From: an uncultured Planctomycetota bacterium
Lineage (GTDB): Bacteria; Planctomycetota; Planctomycetia; Gemmatales; Gemmataceae
Direction of reading: 5' to 3'
DNA: 64,000 bases
Assembly: GCA_963849325.1 (NCBI GenBank)
Contig: CAWKHF010000004.1
Coordinates: 32,001-96,000 of the forward strand
This document shows positions 52,334 to 61,887 of the stretch, piece by piece. Below the pieces are notes generated by a model. That model made no database searches. It worked only from the letters and a program-made list of their open reading frames with translations, and was not told where the DNA came from. Each line of letters starts with the position of its first letter. The first letter of the stretch is position 1. The position numbers and the translations under genes are program-made.

Positions 52334-54346
52334 TCACGCCGCCCTTGAAAACAGCATGTTCAACTGCCTCAGCCGCTCTCGATACCGCCGGTCACAGGCC
52401 AAACGCCTCGCTTCCATGACAAAATCGAGCCAGTCACCGCTGGTGACATCCACGGGAGAGAATTCCAGAGACAGATAACGAATAGATACGGTGTGTGTGG
52501 TGTGTGGACCCGACTCCTCGAACCGCACCCCCGGCCCGCAGATGTAGAAGTTGCCGTGGCGGTAGCCGGTGTCCGGGTCGCTGAAGTAGTTCTTCTGCTT
52601 GAACAGCAGGCCCTTGTCCACGAGCAGTTTCCGCACGTCATGCTGCTTCTGCCGGGACCGGCCCTTGATGCCGACTTCTTCAAGCAGGTTGCCAACCATG
52701 CTCTCGGCCAGTTCGTTGTTCGCCTCCACGAAGGCCAGCACCTTCTCGATGAAAACCTTGGCTTGCTCGTTGCTGGCGTAAGCGACGGTCGCCAGTTCCG
52801 GGATCAGCGCCAGAAGCTCAGCCGTCCACGCCAGCTTCAACTCCGGCACGACCGCCTGCTTGTGCTTGTCCCAGGTAGCCGGGTCGTGCAGCTTGAACCC
52901 CCGTCTCGACCAGGCGGCAACGGCGGCTTTGAGCTTGGCCTCGCTCGACGCCGGGTCTTTCTGGTAGCCGTTGTTCTTCCAGACGGCATCGACCGCACAG
53001 GCCATGACTCGCTGAAGCTCCTCGAAGTTGTCGGTGAGGCGGTCGGAGAACTCGGTGGACCGGAGGGCTTGCAGCCGGTCCTCGACCCAGGCCACGGCCT
53101 CGTCGCTGCTCAGTCCCTCGAATTTCAAAATGCGCAGCGTGACGATGACATATTTCCCGATGGTGTCGTCCTCCGGCACGTCCAGTTCCGACCAGAACCG
53201 CACCAGCGCCGAGGCACACCGTCCCTTGAGACTGCCGATGCTCCCCATGCCGCCGGGCGAGCGGTGCTTCTTCCTGGTGGCTTGCTTCTCGGCGGCAGGC
53301 TTCGCTTCCGCCGCTGGCTTATCGGGGCAGCGTGCCACCGCTTCCCGGAGGACTTGCTCGAAGACCTGTTCGTTATATTGCATATCCGAGAAATATATCC
53401 AGTTGAGGTAGTCGGCGCAGGAGTGGGCCTCGTAATATACCCGCCGCTTCTTCCCGTTATATTTCGCCATCCGGTACTTTTTGACTTTTCCGAGGACGCC
53501 GCTGCCGATGAGGGTGATCTTGTCGGCACGCAGCGGGGCGAAGATTTGCGGAGAACTCGACGGGTATATCTCCATCCGGCTGAAGTCATATTCGGGCAGT
53601 TCTTGCTGGAGGGCGGTGCGGACCTCCTCGGCCACGCTTTCGTCCTGGGCGATGGGTAGGTAGTCCGGGAGCCAGCCGAAGCACCGGACGGAGCCGTTCC
53701 TGGCGTTGACCTCCGGGGCGAAGCGCAGGTGCGGGAACCGCCGGGTCAAGACCTGGCCGACCTTGATGGCCTTGACGACGTGGTACTCGCCGGGCACGTC
53801 GCCACTGTGCCGGTCGAGTTCCGGGGCGATCTGCAAGGTCATCCGGCCCTTCTTGACTCCGAAGAAGCGTTCCCCGGCCAGGTGCGTGGTCAGCGTGGGC
53901 GTGGAGATTTCACTTTTCCAGGTGGCCCGCTTGCGCTTCCCATCGACCTGCGCTTCCGTGATGTAGTCGTCCTCGTGGCTGTAGTCCCACACCATGTACT
54001 CCAGCAGCGTGGTCGCCTCTTTTTCGGTAAAGGCCGTGATCGGCTCGGTGTCGCCCAGGTCGTAGAGGTTGCTGGTGACAAGCTGCCCGGCTTGGTCGAG
54101 GCAATATAAAGCCCACTGGTCGGAAATATCGGGGCCGAAATGTTGAAATCTCTGGCGAAGCCGCTCACACTCGTCGGGCGGGATCGGCTCGATATATTTC
54201 GGCCTGCACCGGGGCTTGTCGAAGATGTAGGTGATGGTGCCGAAAGGCTGGGCGTGCTTATTCAGGCGACGATGCCGCTTGAGGATTTGCTTTTCCGTCC
54301 GGTGGTGATTCGGGACGTGTGACCAGGCGTAGTGGTGACTTCCGTG
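52334..54346 (-). CDS. Divergent AEP primase-like/replication protein, 5' end removed by IS66
   Basis: HLAGERFFG, ELDRH, NGSVRCFGW, EIYP...FAPL in AEP-like order; the ORF-track start codon lies inside the IS end. Confidence 0.45.
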   Translation of the reverse strand, partial: HGSHHYAWSHVPNHHRTEKQILKRHRRLNKHAQPFGTITYIFDKPRCRPKYIEPIPPDECERLRQRFQHFGPDISDQWALYCLDQAGQLVTSNLYDLGDTEPITAFTEKEATTLLEYMVWDYSHEDDYITEAQVDGKRKRATWKSEISTPTLTTHLAGERFFGVKKGRMTLQIAPELDRHSGDVPGEYHVVKAIKVGQVLTRRFPHLRFAPEVNARNGSVRCFGWLPDYLPIAQDESVAEEVRTALQQELPEYDFSRMEIYPSSSPQIFAPLRADKITLIGSGVLGKVKKYRMAKYNGKKRRVYYEAHSCADYLNWIYFSDMQYNEQVFEQVLREAVARCPDKPAAEAKPAAEKQATRKKHRSPGGMGSIGSLKGRCASALVRFWSELDVPEDDTIGKYVIVTLRILKFEGLSSDEAVAWVEDRLQALRSTEFSDRLTDNFEELQRVMACAVDAVWKNNGYQKDPASSEAKLKAAVAAWSRRGFKLHDPATWDKHKQAVVPELKLAWTAELLALIPELATVAYASNEQAKVFIEKVLAFVEANNELAESMVGNLLEEVGIKGRSRQKQHDVRKLLVDKGLLFKQKNYFSDPDTGYRHGNFYICGPGVRFEESGPHTTHTVSIRYLSLEFSPVDVTSGDWLDFVMEARRLACDRRYRERLRQLNMLFSRAA

Positions 54347-55835
54347 GTACTCATTCACGGGGCGAGGTTGCCAAGTCCTAGCGTGATCGCTACGTCAGCT
54401 GCATGAGCGCGGCTCCGCCAATCCCTGACGAACTGTGGCAGCAAATCCCTCCGGCTGCCCAAGCTGCCCTCTGCGCTCTCATCCGGCACTACGAGCAACG
54501 GCTCGCCGACCTCGAAGCCCGCCTTAACCAAAACTCCACCAACTCCTCCAAGCCACCCTCTTCCGATCCGCCCGCCGTCAAACGCGCCCCGCCCCGCCCG
54601 CCCACCGGGCGTGCGGCCGGCGGGCAGACTGGACATGCCAAGAGCCAACGCCCTCTTACCGACCACCCCGACGCCATCCAACACTGCAAACCCACGGCCT
54701 GCCGCTGCTGCCGGCTGCCGCTGTGCGGCGACGACCCCCAGCCGCTACGTCACCAGGTCTGGGACGTGCCGGCCGTCCGGCCCGTCGTCACCGAGTACCG
54801 TCGCCACCGCCTGAGATGCCCCCGCTGCGGCGTCACCACCTGCGGGCAGGCGCCGGCCGGCCAGGACGGGCCACGCCTGAAGGCCGCCGGCGCCCTGTTG
54901 ACCGGCGCCTACCGGCTGAGCAAGGCCAAGGCCGCCCGCCTGCTGACCGACCTGTTCGCCGTGCCGCTGTCGGCCGGACAGGTCTGCGCCATCGAGGCCG
55001 AGGTCGGCCGGCAACTGCGGCCGGCGGTGGACGAGTTGCTGGCGGCGACGCGGCAGCAACCGGCCAACGTCGAGGAGACATCGATGGGTCGGGGGCGTTG
55101 GCTGTGGGTGATGGTCACGGCGGTGGCCACCGTTTACCAGGTCGTCCGCGGCCGCAGTCGCCGCGAGCTGGACCGGCTGGTAGGGACGGACTACCGGCGC
55201 GTGATGACCACCGACCGTTATCGCGTCTACGACCACCTGCCCGACGAACGCCATCAGTTGTGCTGGGCGCACCTGCGGCGGGACTTCCAGGCGATGGTGG
55301 ACCGGAAGAACGCCGGCGTGGCGGTCGGCGAGGAGTTGTTGGCCTTGTCGGGGCAGATGCTGGGCTGGTGGAAGCGCGTGCGTGACGGGACGTTGACGAA
55401 GATACGTTTCGCAGGTCGTCTGCACGCCGCGCGGGACTTTCGCGTGCGCTTCCGCGCCGTCTTGGCGTGGGGGGCGGCGTGCGGCTGCGCCAAGACGGCA
55501 GCGGTGTGCCGCGAACTGCTGGGGCGTGAGGTGTCGTTGTTCCTGTTTGCGTTCGTGTCGGGTGTCGAGCCGACGAACAACGCGGCGGAGCGTGCGGTGC
55601 GTCATGGGGTGTTGTGGCGGAAGCAGAGTCACGGCCCGCGGAGTATGGACGGCAGGGAGTACCTGTCGTGCATCTGGTCGGTGGTGGAGACGTGCCGTCA
55701 GCGGGGCCGGGGCGCATGGGATTACCTGACGGCGTGCCTGGCGGCAGCCGCCGAAAGGCACGTCCTGCCGTCGTTGCTGACCCCGGCCGTTGATGCTCAT
55801 GCCGCTTGACCTCTAATTGGCCCGTGAATGACTAC
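54347..55835 (+). mobile_element. IS66-family element (single-ORF type)
   Basis: IRs gtactcattcacgggg / cccgtgaatgactac. Confidence 0.9.
54403..55809 (+). CDS. IS66-family transposase
   Basis: NSTNSSKPPSSD, GGQTGH, CPRCG, WLWV, TDRY, QLCWAHLRRDF, PTNNAAER; first DDE motif reads NVEET. Confidence 0.9.
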   Translation: MSAAPPIPDELWQQIPPAAQAALCALIRHYEQRLADLEARLNQNSTNSSKPPSSDPPAVKRAPPRPPTGRAAGGQTGHAKSQRPLTDHPDAIQHCKPTACRCCRLPLCGDDPQPLRHQVWDVPAVRPVVTEYRRHRLRCPRCGVTTCGQAPAGQDGPRLKAAGALLTGAYRLSKAKAARLLTDLFAVPLSAGQVCAIEAEVGRQLRPAVDELLAATRQQPANVEETSMGRGRWLWVMVTAVATVYQVVRGRSRRELDRLVGTDYRRVMTTDRYRVYDHLPDERHQLCWAHLRRDFQAMVDRKNAGVAVGEELLALSGQMLGWWKRVRDGTLTKIRFAGRLHAARDFRVRFRAVLAWGAACGCAKTAAVCRELLGREVSLFLFAFVSGVEPTNNAAERAVRHGVLWRKQSHGPRSMDGREYLSCIWSVVETCRQRGRGAWDYLTACLAAAAERHVLPSLLTPAVDAHAA

Positions 55836-56280
55836 TGACCCGTATCTTGGCGCTGCAATCCTGGCCCACGATATTGCCCTCGCTGCTGCCGAGAATTATG
55901 AGGTTGATTTCTTGGCAGGCTTGGCGAATTCTGCGACGGAAGCGCTTGCGACGGCGACGACGGATAGTATCCCAGCAGCGACCCATGAAATATGGGTAGC
56001 CGCTAGGGACAGCGAAGCCACAGCCCAGGCTGCTCTGATCCGGGAAGTAGTAGGCAGCCCTTTCCGTCCGGTGAGCGTTGACCCCGGCTGGCTGACGCCC
56101 AACGTGGTCAAGTTGGCCCAGGGAATATATTGCGAGCGGGCCTTCTCCCGGCTACCGGAGTTAGCCGAGGCCCTGGAGAAAACGGGCTGCACGGACGCTG
56201 AGGTTCTGACTCACTGCCGCCAGCCGGGGGAGCATGTGCGGGGCTGCTGGGTGGTGGATTTACTCTTGGGCAAGGAGTGA
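55836..56280 (+). pseudogene. Gemmataceae-type repeat-family protein, 5'-truncated by IS66
   Basis: [33 protein letters not shown]. Confidence 0.7.
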
Positions 56281-56284
56281 CGCC

Positions 56285-57075
56285 ATGACCGAGGCTGAGT
56301 GGCTGGCCTGCACCGACCCGACGCCGATGCTGGAGTTCCTGCGGGGGAAAGCCAGCGAGCGCAAGCTGCGGTTGTTCGCCGTGGCGTGCTGTCGCAGGGT
56401 GTGGCATTTGCTGGTGGATGAGCGCAGTCGTGAAGCAGTCGAGGTAGCCGAGCGGTTTGCCGATGGTGCGGCGACGGACAAAGAACTTGAGGACGCCAAA
56501 AGCAACGCCTGGGAATTCAGCCTTCACATTGTTCATGAAGACGAACGCTTTTTTGACCTGGACCAAAATGCCCTAGATGCTGCCGATGCGCCTGCTTGGG
56601 CTGCTGAGTGGTCGGTGGACTATGGCAGCGAGTACGGCGGGCGGGTGGCCACTTCGGGCGGTCGTGGCAACCCAGCGGGCGCTTGGGACCGCAGAGGGCA
56701 ATAAACAAGCTGGTTTGGTCCGCTGCATTTTCGGCAACCCCTTCCGGCCTGTGGCCGTCGATGCTGGTTGGCTCACGCCCGGCGTGGTCGAACTGGCCCG
56801 CACGATCTACGAGGGCCGGGCCTTCGACCCAATGCCGGAGTTGGCCGATGCCTTAGAGACTGTCCCACAAGGGTGTGGCGGCACGTTTCCAACGTGCCGG
56901 AAGACCGGAAAATCCAACAAATCGGCACGTTGGAAACGTGCCGCCACAGCCCTTATGGGACAGTCTCTTAGAGCAAGCGGGCTGCGCCAACGCCGATATT
57001 CTGGCCCACTGCCGAGAGCCGGGGCCGCACGTCCGGGGCTGCTGGGTGGTCGATGTGCTGCTTGGCAAGGAGTGA
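56285..57075 (+). pseudogene. Second copy of the same family, interrupted by a MITE
   Basis: [50 protein letters not shown]. Confidence 0.75.
56856..56967. mobile_element. 112-bp MITE with ~44-bp TIRs, a TTA target duplication and internal REP-like hairpins
   Basis: tta|gagactgtcccacaaggg...cccttatgggacagtctc|tta; excision restores the DALEQAGC reading frame. Confidence 0.9.
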
Positions 57076-57165
57076 CGCCAATACGGAAATGGAGGGGCAG
57101 GCGTGTATCGACTCGACGCCTGGCGCTGGAGTTCCTGTAGGTTGAAGCCGAAGCGGAGTAGCCCG

Positions 57166-57543
57166 ATGGCAAAAGCCAAGACGAAGCAGAAATCTCCCTT
57201 TCAGGGTCGGTGGCGCATCGTGTCAATGTCTGCCTGGGAGGACGACTATCTCGATGAAGAAGTCCAGGCATTCATCGAGTTCGAGGAGAAGGGCAGCGGC
57301 TCGTTCCAGTTCGGCTACGTCCAGGGCTTGATCGACTGGCGGCTGACCACACGGGACGGCGAGGCAGCCGTGGAGTGGTCCTGGGAAGGCGGCGACGGCG
57401 CAGACGGCACGCCGCTGACGGGGCGGGGCTGGGGGAAGATGAAGGACGCTGAACTGCACGGCGAGTTCTTCATCCACCAGGGCGACGATTCCGAGTTCGT
57501 GGCGACCAGAGCCAAGGAGAAGAAGGCAGTGAAGCGGAAGTGA
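57166..57543 (+). CDS. Conserved hypothetical beta-rich protein
   Basis: GGAG SD; GRWRIVSM..W, G.FQFG.VQG, WSWEG.D, GRGW, IHQGDDS. Confidence 0.7.
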   Translation: MAKAKTKQKSPFQGRWRIVSMSAWEDDYLDEEVQAFIEFEEKGSGSFQFGYVQGLIDWRLTTRDGEAAVEWSWEGGDGADGTPLTGRGWGKMKDAELHGEFFIHQGDDSEFVATRAKEKKAVKRK

Positions 57544-57550
57544 GCGGGAC

Positions 57551-58288
57551 ATGGCCAAAGAACACCCAAGGCTGAAGCTCGGCAAGAGCGCCGCCTTCGT
57601 GAAGACTCACCTGAAACGGCTGCCGCAGGTGGAGGAAACCTGGGAAGCCGACTTCCGGGCGCTGCCGAAACCAGCAGGCCAGGCCGAGACGCACTACCTG
57701 GGGGTGGTGGCCGCTCTCCCCCAGGGTGATCCCTTGCACTACCTCCCGGTGGAATACGCCCCGAACGTCAACGACCTGGCCGACCTCCTGGCCGATGCCC
57801 TGCGCCGACCGCTGACGGGTCCGGCCCGCCGACCCGAACACATTCGTTTTCGGGGCAACCCTCGGTGGGAAGAGTTGTTTGGGCACCTGAACGAACTCGG
57901 CATCGCAACCTCGATCCACGAGGAACTGCCCAAGGTTGAGGAGGTCTACGAAGACTTTCTCCGGCAGATGCGCAAGGCAAGCTCTGGCCCGATCTTCATG
58001 GTATCCCCAGGCCGGGGCCACGTTGCCGAGCAGTTCCCCGCCGTCGCCCGGTGGGTGCAGGGCTACGGGCGCATCGAGATTGGCCAGCAAGAGGGCGTCG
58101 GCTTCGTGGTCCGGGCGCTGGACGACGCCGGACTGGTCTTCGAGAACAACAGCAGCACCACGCTGGCCGAGGCGCTGGCCGCTCTGGAGGAGGCGCTGGC
58201 CGGGCGGTTCAGGGACCACGAAAGCTCCTTGCGATCATCCTCGCCTACGGTCAAGAAGACACAGCGGAGGCCCACTGACCATGCCTGA
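57551..58288 (+). CDS. Hypothetical protein (paralog of 58817-59500)
   Basis: LKLGKSAAF, ETWEADF, THYLG, FPAVARWVQGYG.IEIG. Confidence 0.75.
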   Translation: MAKEHPRLKLGKSAAFVKTHLKRLPQVEETWEADFRALPKPAGQAETHYLGVVAALPQGDPLHYLPVEYAPNVNDLADLLADALRRPLTGPARRPEHIRFRGNPRWEELFGHLNELGIATSIHEELPKVEEVYEDFLRQMRKASSGPIFMVSPGRGHVAEQFPAVARWVQGYGRIEIGQQEGVGFVVRALDDAGLVFENNSSTTLAEALAALEEALAGRFRDHESSLRSSSPTVKKTQRRPTDHA

Positions 58289-58799
58289 GCAAGCACGCAA
58301 GCTGTCCGAGATCATGAAGGAAATGTCGGAGACGCTGCTGCGCAATCCCGGCGGCGTGCCGTCCTCTGAGGCCGCACACGTCGCCCTCTTCTTCGCCAAC
58401 GTCGCCTGGAACGAGAGCGTCGGCCTCGATCTCGCCAGGGAGGGCTACCGCAACGTGTGGGAGACGATTGAGGCCGAGAACCCGGCGCTGTGGAACGAGT
58501 TCAAGTCGAGCGACACCGACGCCATGATTGACGAACTCATCCGGTACAAGAAAGCCCACTACCCCGACGACCGGCGGCGGATTCTGACCTGCGGCATCCC
58601 GGACGGGAAGGTTCGTGTCGAATGGCTGAAGCCTGCTGCTCCAGGGGTGGATTCCAAATGGGAGATGCAGTTGTACGGGCTGGTGCGGACGGGGCAGAAG
58701 GACAAGGCGATCCGCTTTCTGCAAGAGACTCGGCGGATGACCCGCAGCGAGGCGTCGAAGCGAGTGGCGCAGATCGCCGCCGAGTTGGGGGTGAAGTAG
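58281..58799 (+). CDS. Hypothetical protein
   Basis: GGAGG SD; overlaps the previous stop; natural composition. Confidence 0.7.
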   Translation: MPEQARKLSEIMKEMSETLLRNPGGVPSSEAAHVALFFANVAWNESVGLDLAREGYRNVWETIEAENPALWNEFKSSDTDAMIDELIRYKKAHYPDDRRRILTCGIPDGKVRVEWLKPAAPGVDSKWEMQLYGLVRTGQKDKAIRFLQETRRMTRSEASKRVAQIAAELGVK

Positions 58800-58816
58800 C
58801 CCAAGAGGGAGCGACC

Positions 58817-59500
58817 GTGGCACGAGAGGAGGAGAAGCTGAAACTCGGCAAGGGTGCGGCCTTCGCCAAGGGCCGCTTGAAGCGGCTGCGCCAGGAGGAG
58901 GAAACCTGGGAAGCGGACTTTCAAGCGCTGCCCAAGCCGATCACGCAGAGCCAGACGCATTACCTGGGGATGGTCGTGGCCCCGGACGGCTCCTTCCTGG
59001 CCGATTCCCACGTCGAGGGCAGGCCCACGGTCAACGACATGGCCACGCTGCTGGCCCAGGCCATGCGGCGACCGATGACCGGGAAAGCTCACCGGCCCCG
59101 CCGCATCCACGTCCGGGGCCACCCACAGTGGCGGGAGCTATTCCCGCACCTGGACGAACTCGGCATCAAGGTCGCCGTCCACCGGGAGCTTCCGAAGGTG
59201 CAGCGAGCCTGCCAGGGCTACCTGCGGCAGCAGCGAGAAGCCCACCGGAGGGGCATGGTCAAGCCGACCGCCGAGCAGCAGGCCGTCGAGAAGCTGTTCC
59301 CGGCCATCGCTCAGTGGGTCCGGGGCTACGGGCACATCGAGATTGGCGACCAGGAGATGTTCGGGTTCGTCGCCAGGGCGCTGGACTACGGCGGGCTGGC
59401 CTTCGAGGACGACAAGCCTGACACGCTGGCCGAAGCGATGGCGGCGCTGGAGAAGGGGTTGAGGAAGTGGTTCGAGGAGCAAGGGATCGACCTCGATTGA
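58817..59500 (+). CDS. Hypothetical protein (paralog of 57551-58288)
   Basis: LKLGKGAAF, ETWEADF, THYLG, FPAIAQWVRGYG.IEIG. Confidence 0.75.
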   Translation: MAREEEKLKLGKGAAFAKGRLKRLRQEEETWEADFQALPKPITQSQTHYLGMVVAPDGSFLADSHVEGRPTVNDMATLLAQAMRRPMTGKAHRPRRIHVRGHPQWRELFPHLDELGIKVAVHRELPKVQRACQGYLRQQREAHRRGMVKPTAEQQAVEKLFPAIAQWVRGYGHIEIGDQEMFGFVARALDYGGLAFEDDKPDTLAEAMAALEKGLRKWFEEQGIDLD

Positions 59501-59569
59501 TGAGGTAGTGGGCCGCTCACCGCTCCGGCGAGATGAAGTGCGACCCGGCAGGCACAGAGGAGGTCAAGC

Positions 59570-60616
59570 ATGATGTATCTCAAGCCGGACGGCCAGATAG
59601 ACCTCAAACACCGTGCGTACTTCCTGCGAGGCGCACCGCACCGCACCCCCGTGATCGCAGCAGCGGAAGACGGCCAGCTTTCCATGCTGAGTCCTGATCT
59701 GAAAAATGTTCAGATGCGCCGCCTCCCGTCAAAGGTTCGGGCCGTATCCCCGCATCCGTCAGATCAACGGCTGGCATGGGTTGATGGGAAGGCTGGCTCG
59801 CTCACCGTGCAAGATTTCCACGGGTCACGGCTCCTCGAAATCGCTCCTCCAGAAGTCCAAGAGACGATGCCGGTATGGATTCAACGAGATTTTGACGACT
59901 GCTTCTACAGCGAAGACGGGCGTTTCTTGTGGACGATTGCGCCGTTGAATTCCGAGGACGTGCTGGTTCAGTTGCACGAGGCAGAATCCGGGGCCACGAT
60001 TGAAACCGCCCCTGTCAAAGACCCGTTCGGAGGGAGTTCCTGCTCGTTTCATCCGACCGCACGGCCCGATCTTACGTCGCTGTGGTTGGCGGCGGGGCAG
60101 GATGGCCAGCAGGTGTATTGGCTGAAGCGGACCCGCAGCGGTTTCTCTTGCACACGGGAGGCCAAACTGCGAAACACCATCCCGCCTGTTTTCTCACCAA
60201 ACGGCAAGCAGCTTCTCGTGGTGAATGACCACAACGCCATCTGCAAGTTCCAATTCCCTGCGATGCAGCAGGTCCGCTCGCCTCTGGAGTCGGGCGATGA
60301 AGACAACCAGTTTGCCGAATCACTGTGCTATCTCACCGAGCGGCAGGCCCTCGCTGGCACCAACGAGCAGCGCATTTTCATCGTGGATACCGTTCAGATG
60401 AAGGTTGAAGAGGAGGTTGCCCTCGAAGGCCACGAACCACGGCCTATTGGCCAGTATTATCCGAGGCTGGCAAAGGACAAGGGCTTGGGTACGGACATCT
60501 CTCACTTCTTGAGGCTGGGCGATGTCATCCTGTTCGCCTATCGTCGTGATCGGGGCACGGGGTTGGCGGGATGGAAGGACACCCTTCTCTGGCTGTCGGT
60601 CAAAGGGCGAGTGTGA
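59570..60616 (+). CDS. Beta-propeller-like hypothetical protein
   Basis: GAGGAGG SD; HPS, YSEDGRFLW, FSPNGKQLL, LEGH blade-like motifs. Confidence 0.6.
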   Translation: MMYLKPDGQIDLKHRAYFLRGAPHRTPVIAAAEDGQLSMLSPDLKNVQMRRLPSKVRAVSPHPSDQRLAWVDGKAGSLTVQDFHGSRLLEIAPPEVQETMPVWIQRDFDDCFYSEDGRFLWTIAPLNSEDVLVQLHEAESGATIETAPVKDPFGGSSCSFHPTARPDLTSLWLAAGQDGQQVYWLKRTRSGFSCTREAKLRNTIPPVFSPNGKQLLVVNDHNAICKFQFPAMQQVRSPLESGDEDNQFAESLCYLTERQALAGTNEQRIFIVDTVQMKVEEEVALEGHEPRPIGQYYPRLAKDKGLGTDISHFLRLGDVILFAYRRDRGTGLAGWKDTLLWLSVKGRV

Positions 60617-60645
60617 GCGGCCTGCTGGCCGAAGGAAAGGCGGCG

Positions 60646-61254
60646 ATGAGCGATGACAAGCAGGGCGTGCGGGTCAACCTTGGCGGCATTCCGGTTGACC
60701 TGAACGCCGGAATGATCGAGGCCGTGACGAACCCGCCACCGGGGTTTCTGTCGAAGCACCGATTCGTGGAAACCGACGTTGCGGCCAGGGTCAACTCGAT
60801 TAACTGGTTCGCCCGGGGCGGGGAGCGCTTGGCCCCCGACCTGACGATGGAGACGGAGCAAGTCGGCGGCTGGGTGCAGGCCATCGAGTCCTGCAAAGCT
60901 CCTGCCTGGGAAAACGCCCAACTGGAAGCGCAGAACCAACTGACTCTGTGGCTCCATCTGAACGACCGGCCCAGCTACCGGAGATGGAACGAGATCGTTG
61001 TTGCCCACAAAGATACCGTCCTGAACCGCCTGACGAGGGAGGTACTGGCCCCTTTCCAGGCCAAGCACAACCTCGACATCGCTCTTGTCCGCAGTGTCCA
61101 GTGGGACATTCTCGGTGCCTTGATGGAGAACTCGTACCTGCGGAGCGGACACTCGGCGTTCTTCTTCCTCGAATTGCTCACGGTCTATGAAGCGGGGCAT
61201 TTCCCGTGTGGCTGGAAGGGCGAGTGGCCGAAAGGGACGCTACTGGTGTACTGA
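60646..61254 (+). CDS. Hypothetical protein
   Basis: VQWDILGALME, VYEAGHFPCGW.G.WP.G.L.VY. Confidence 0.65.
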   Translation: MSDDKQGVRVNLGGIPVDLNAGMIEAVTNPPPGFLSKHRFVETDVAARVNSINWFARGGERLAPDLTMETEQVGGWVQAIESCKAPAWENAQLEAQNQLTLWLHLNDRPSYRRWNEIVVAHKDTVLNRLTREVLAPFQAKHNLDIALVRSVQWDILGALMENSYLRSGHSAFFFLELLTVYEAGHFPCGWKGEWPKGTLLVY

Positions 61255-61281
61255 CAAAGGCTTTCCAGAGGTATCGACGGC

Positions 61282-61776
61282 ATGAAGGTGAAAACCACCT
61301 ACCTTGAAATGCTCGCTCACCCCGAATGGGTTGTGCCGCCGCCAAGGGACGGTCTGGCGGTTGTACACGCCAAGAAGCCGACCCTCGCCTACTACCGCTT
61401 CCTGTACGACGGTGTAGGCCGGGACTACGACTGGACGAGCCGCAAGAAGCTCTCCGACGCCGAACTCGCCGCCCTGCTGAACGCCCCCCGGCTCGAAGTC
61501 CACGTCTTGATGGCCGATAGCGTCCCGGCTGGCTTTGCCGAGTTAGACCGGCGCACCGAAGGCGAGATCGAACTGGTGCAGTTCGGCCTGATGCCGGAGT
61601 TTATCGGCCAGGGGATGGGGCGGTTCTTTCTCCAGTGGACCATCGACAAGGCGTGGAGCTATGGCCCCAGGCGCTTCTGGCTGCACACCTGCAACAAGGA
61701 CCACCCGGCTGCTCTGCCGAATTACCTGAAGGCGGGCTTCGCCGTCTACAAAGAAGAGGTCAAGGACCAGGAATGA
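61282..61776 (+). CDS. GNAT acetyltransferase
   Basis: GFAELD, FGLMPEFIGQGMG, HTC..DHP.ALPNY.KAGF. Confidence 0.88.
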   Translation: MKVKTTYLEMLAHPEWVVPPPRDGLAVVHAKKPTLAYYRFLYDGVGRDYDWTSRKKLSDAELAALLNAPRLEVHVLMADSVPAGFAELDRRTEGEIELVQFGLMPEFIGQGMGRFFLQWTIDKAWSYGPRRFWLHTCNKDHPAALPNYLKAGFAVYKEEVKDQE

Positions 61777-61856
61777 CACGACGCCCGCAGTGCCACAGCA
61801 CTTCCCGGTCAGGCTCACGCAGGCCCAGCGGAAGGTCGTGGCCGAGTTCGCCTCGG
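61773..61856 (+). repeat. Truncated imperfect copy of the 5' end of the gene at 63690
   Basis: atgacacga(c/t)gcccg...cagca...cccggtcag.ctcac.caggcccagcggaagg.cgtggccgag matches 63682-63765. Confidence 0.8.
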
Positions 61857-61887
61857 CGTCGGCCAATGGCTACCAGGGACAGTGACG

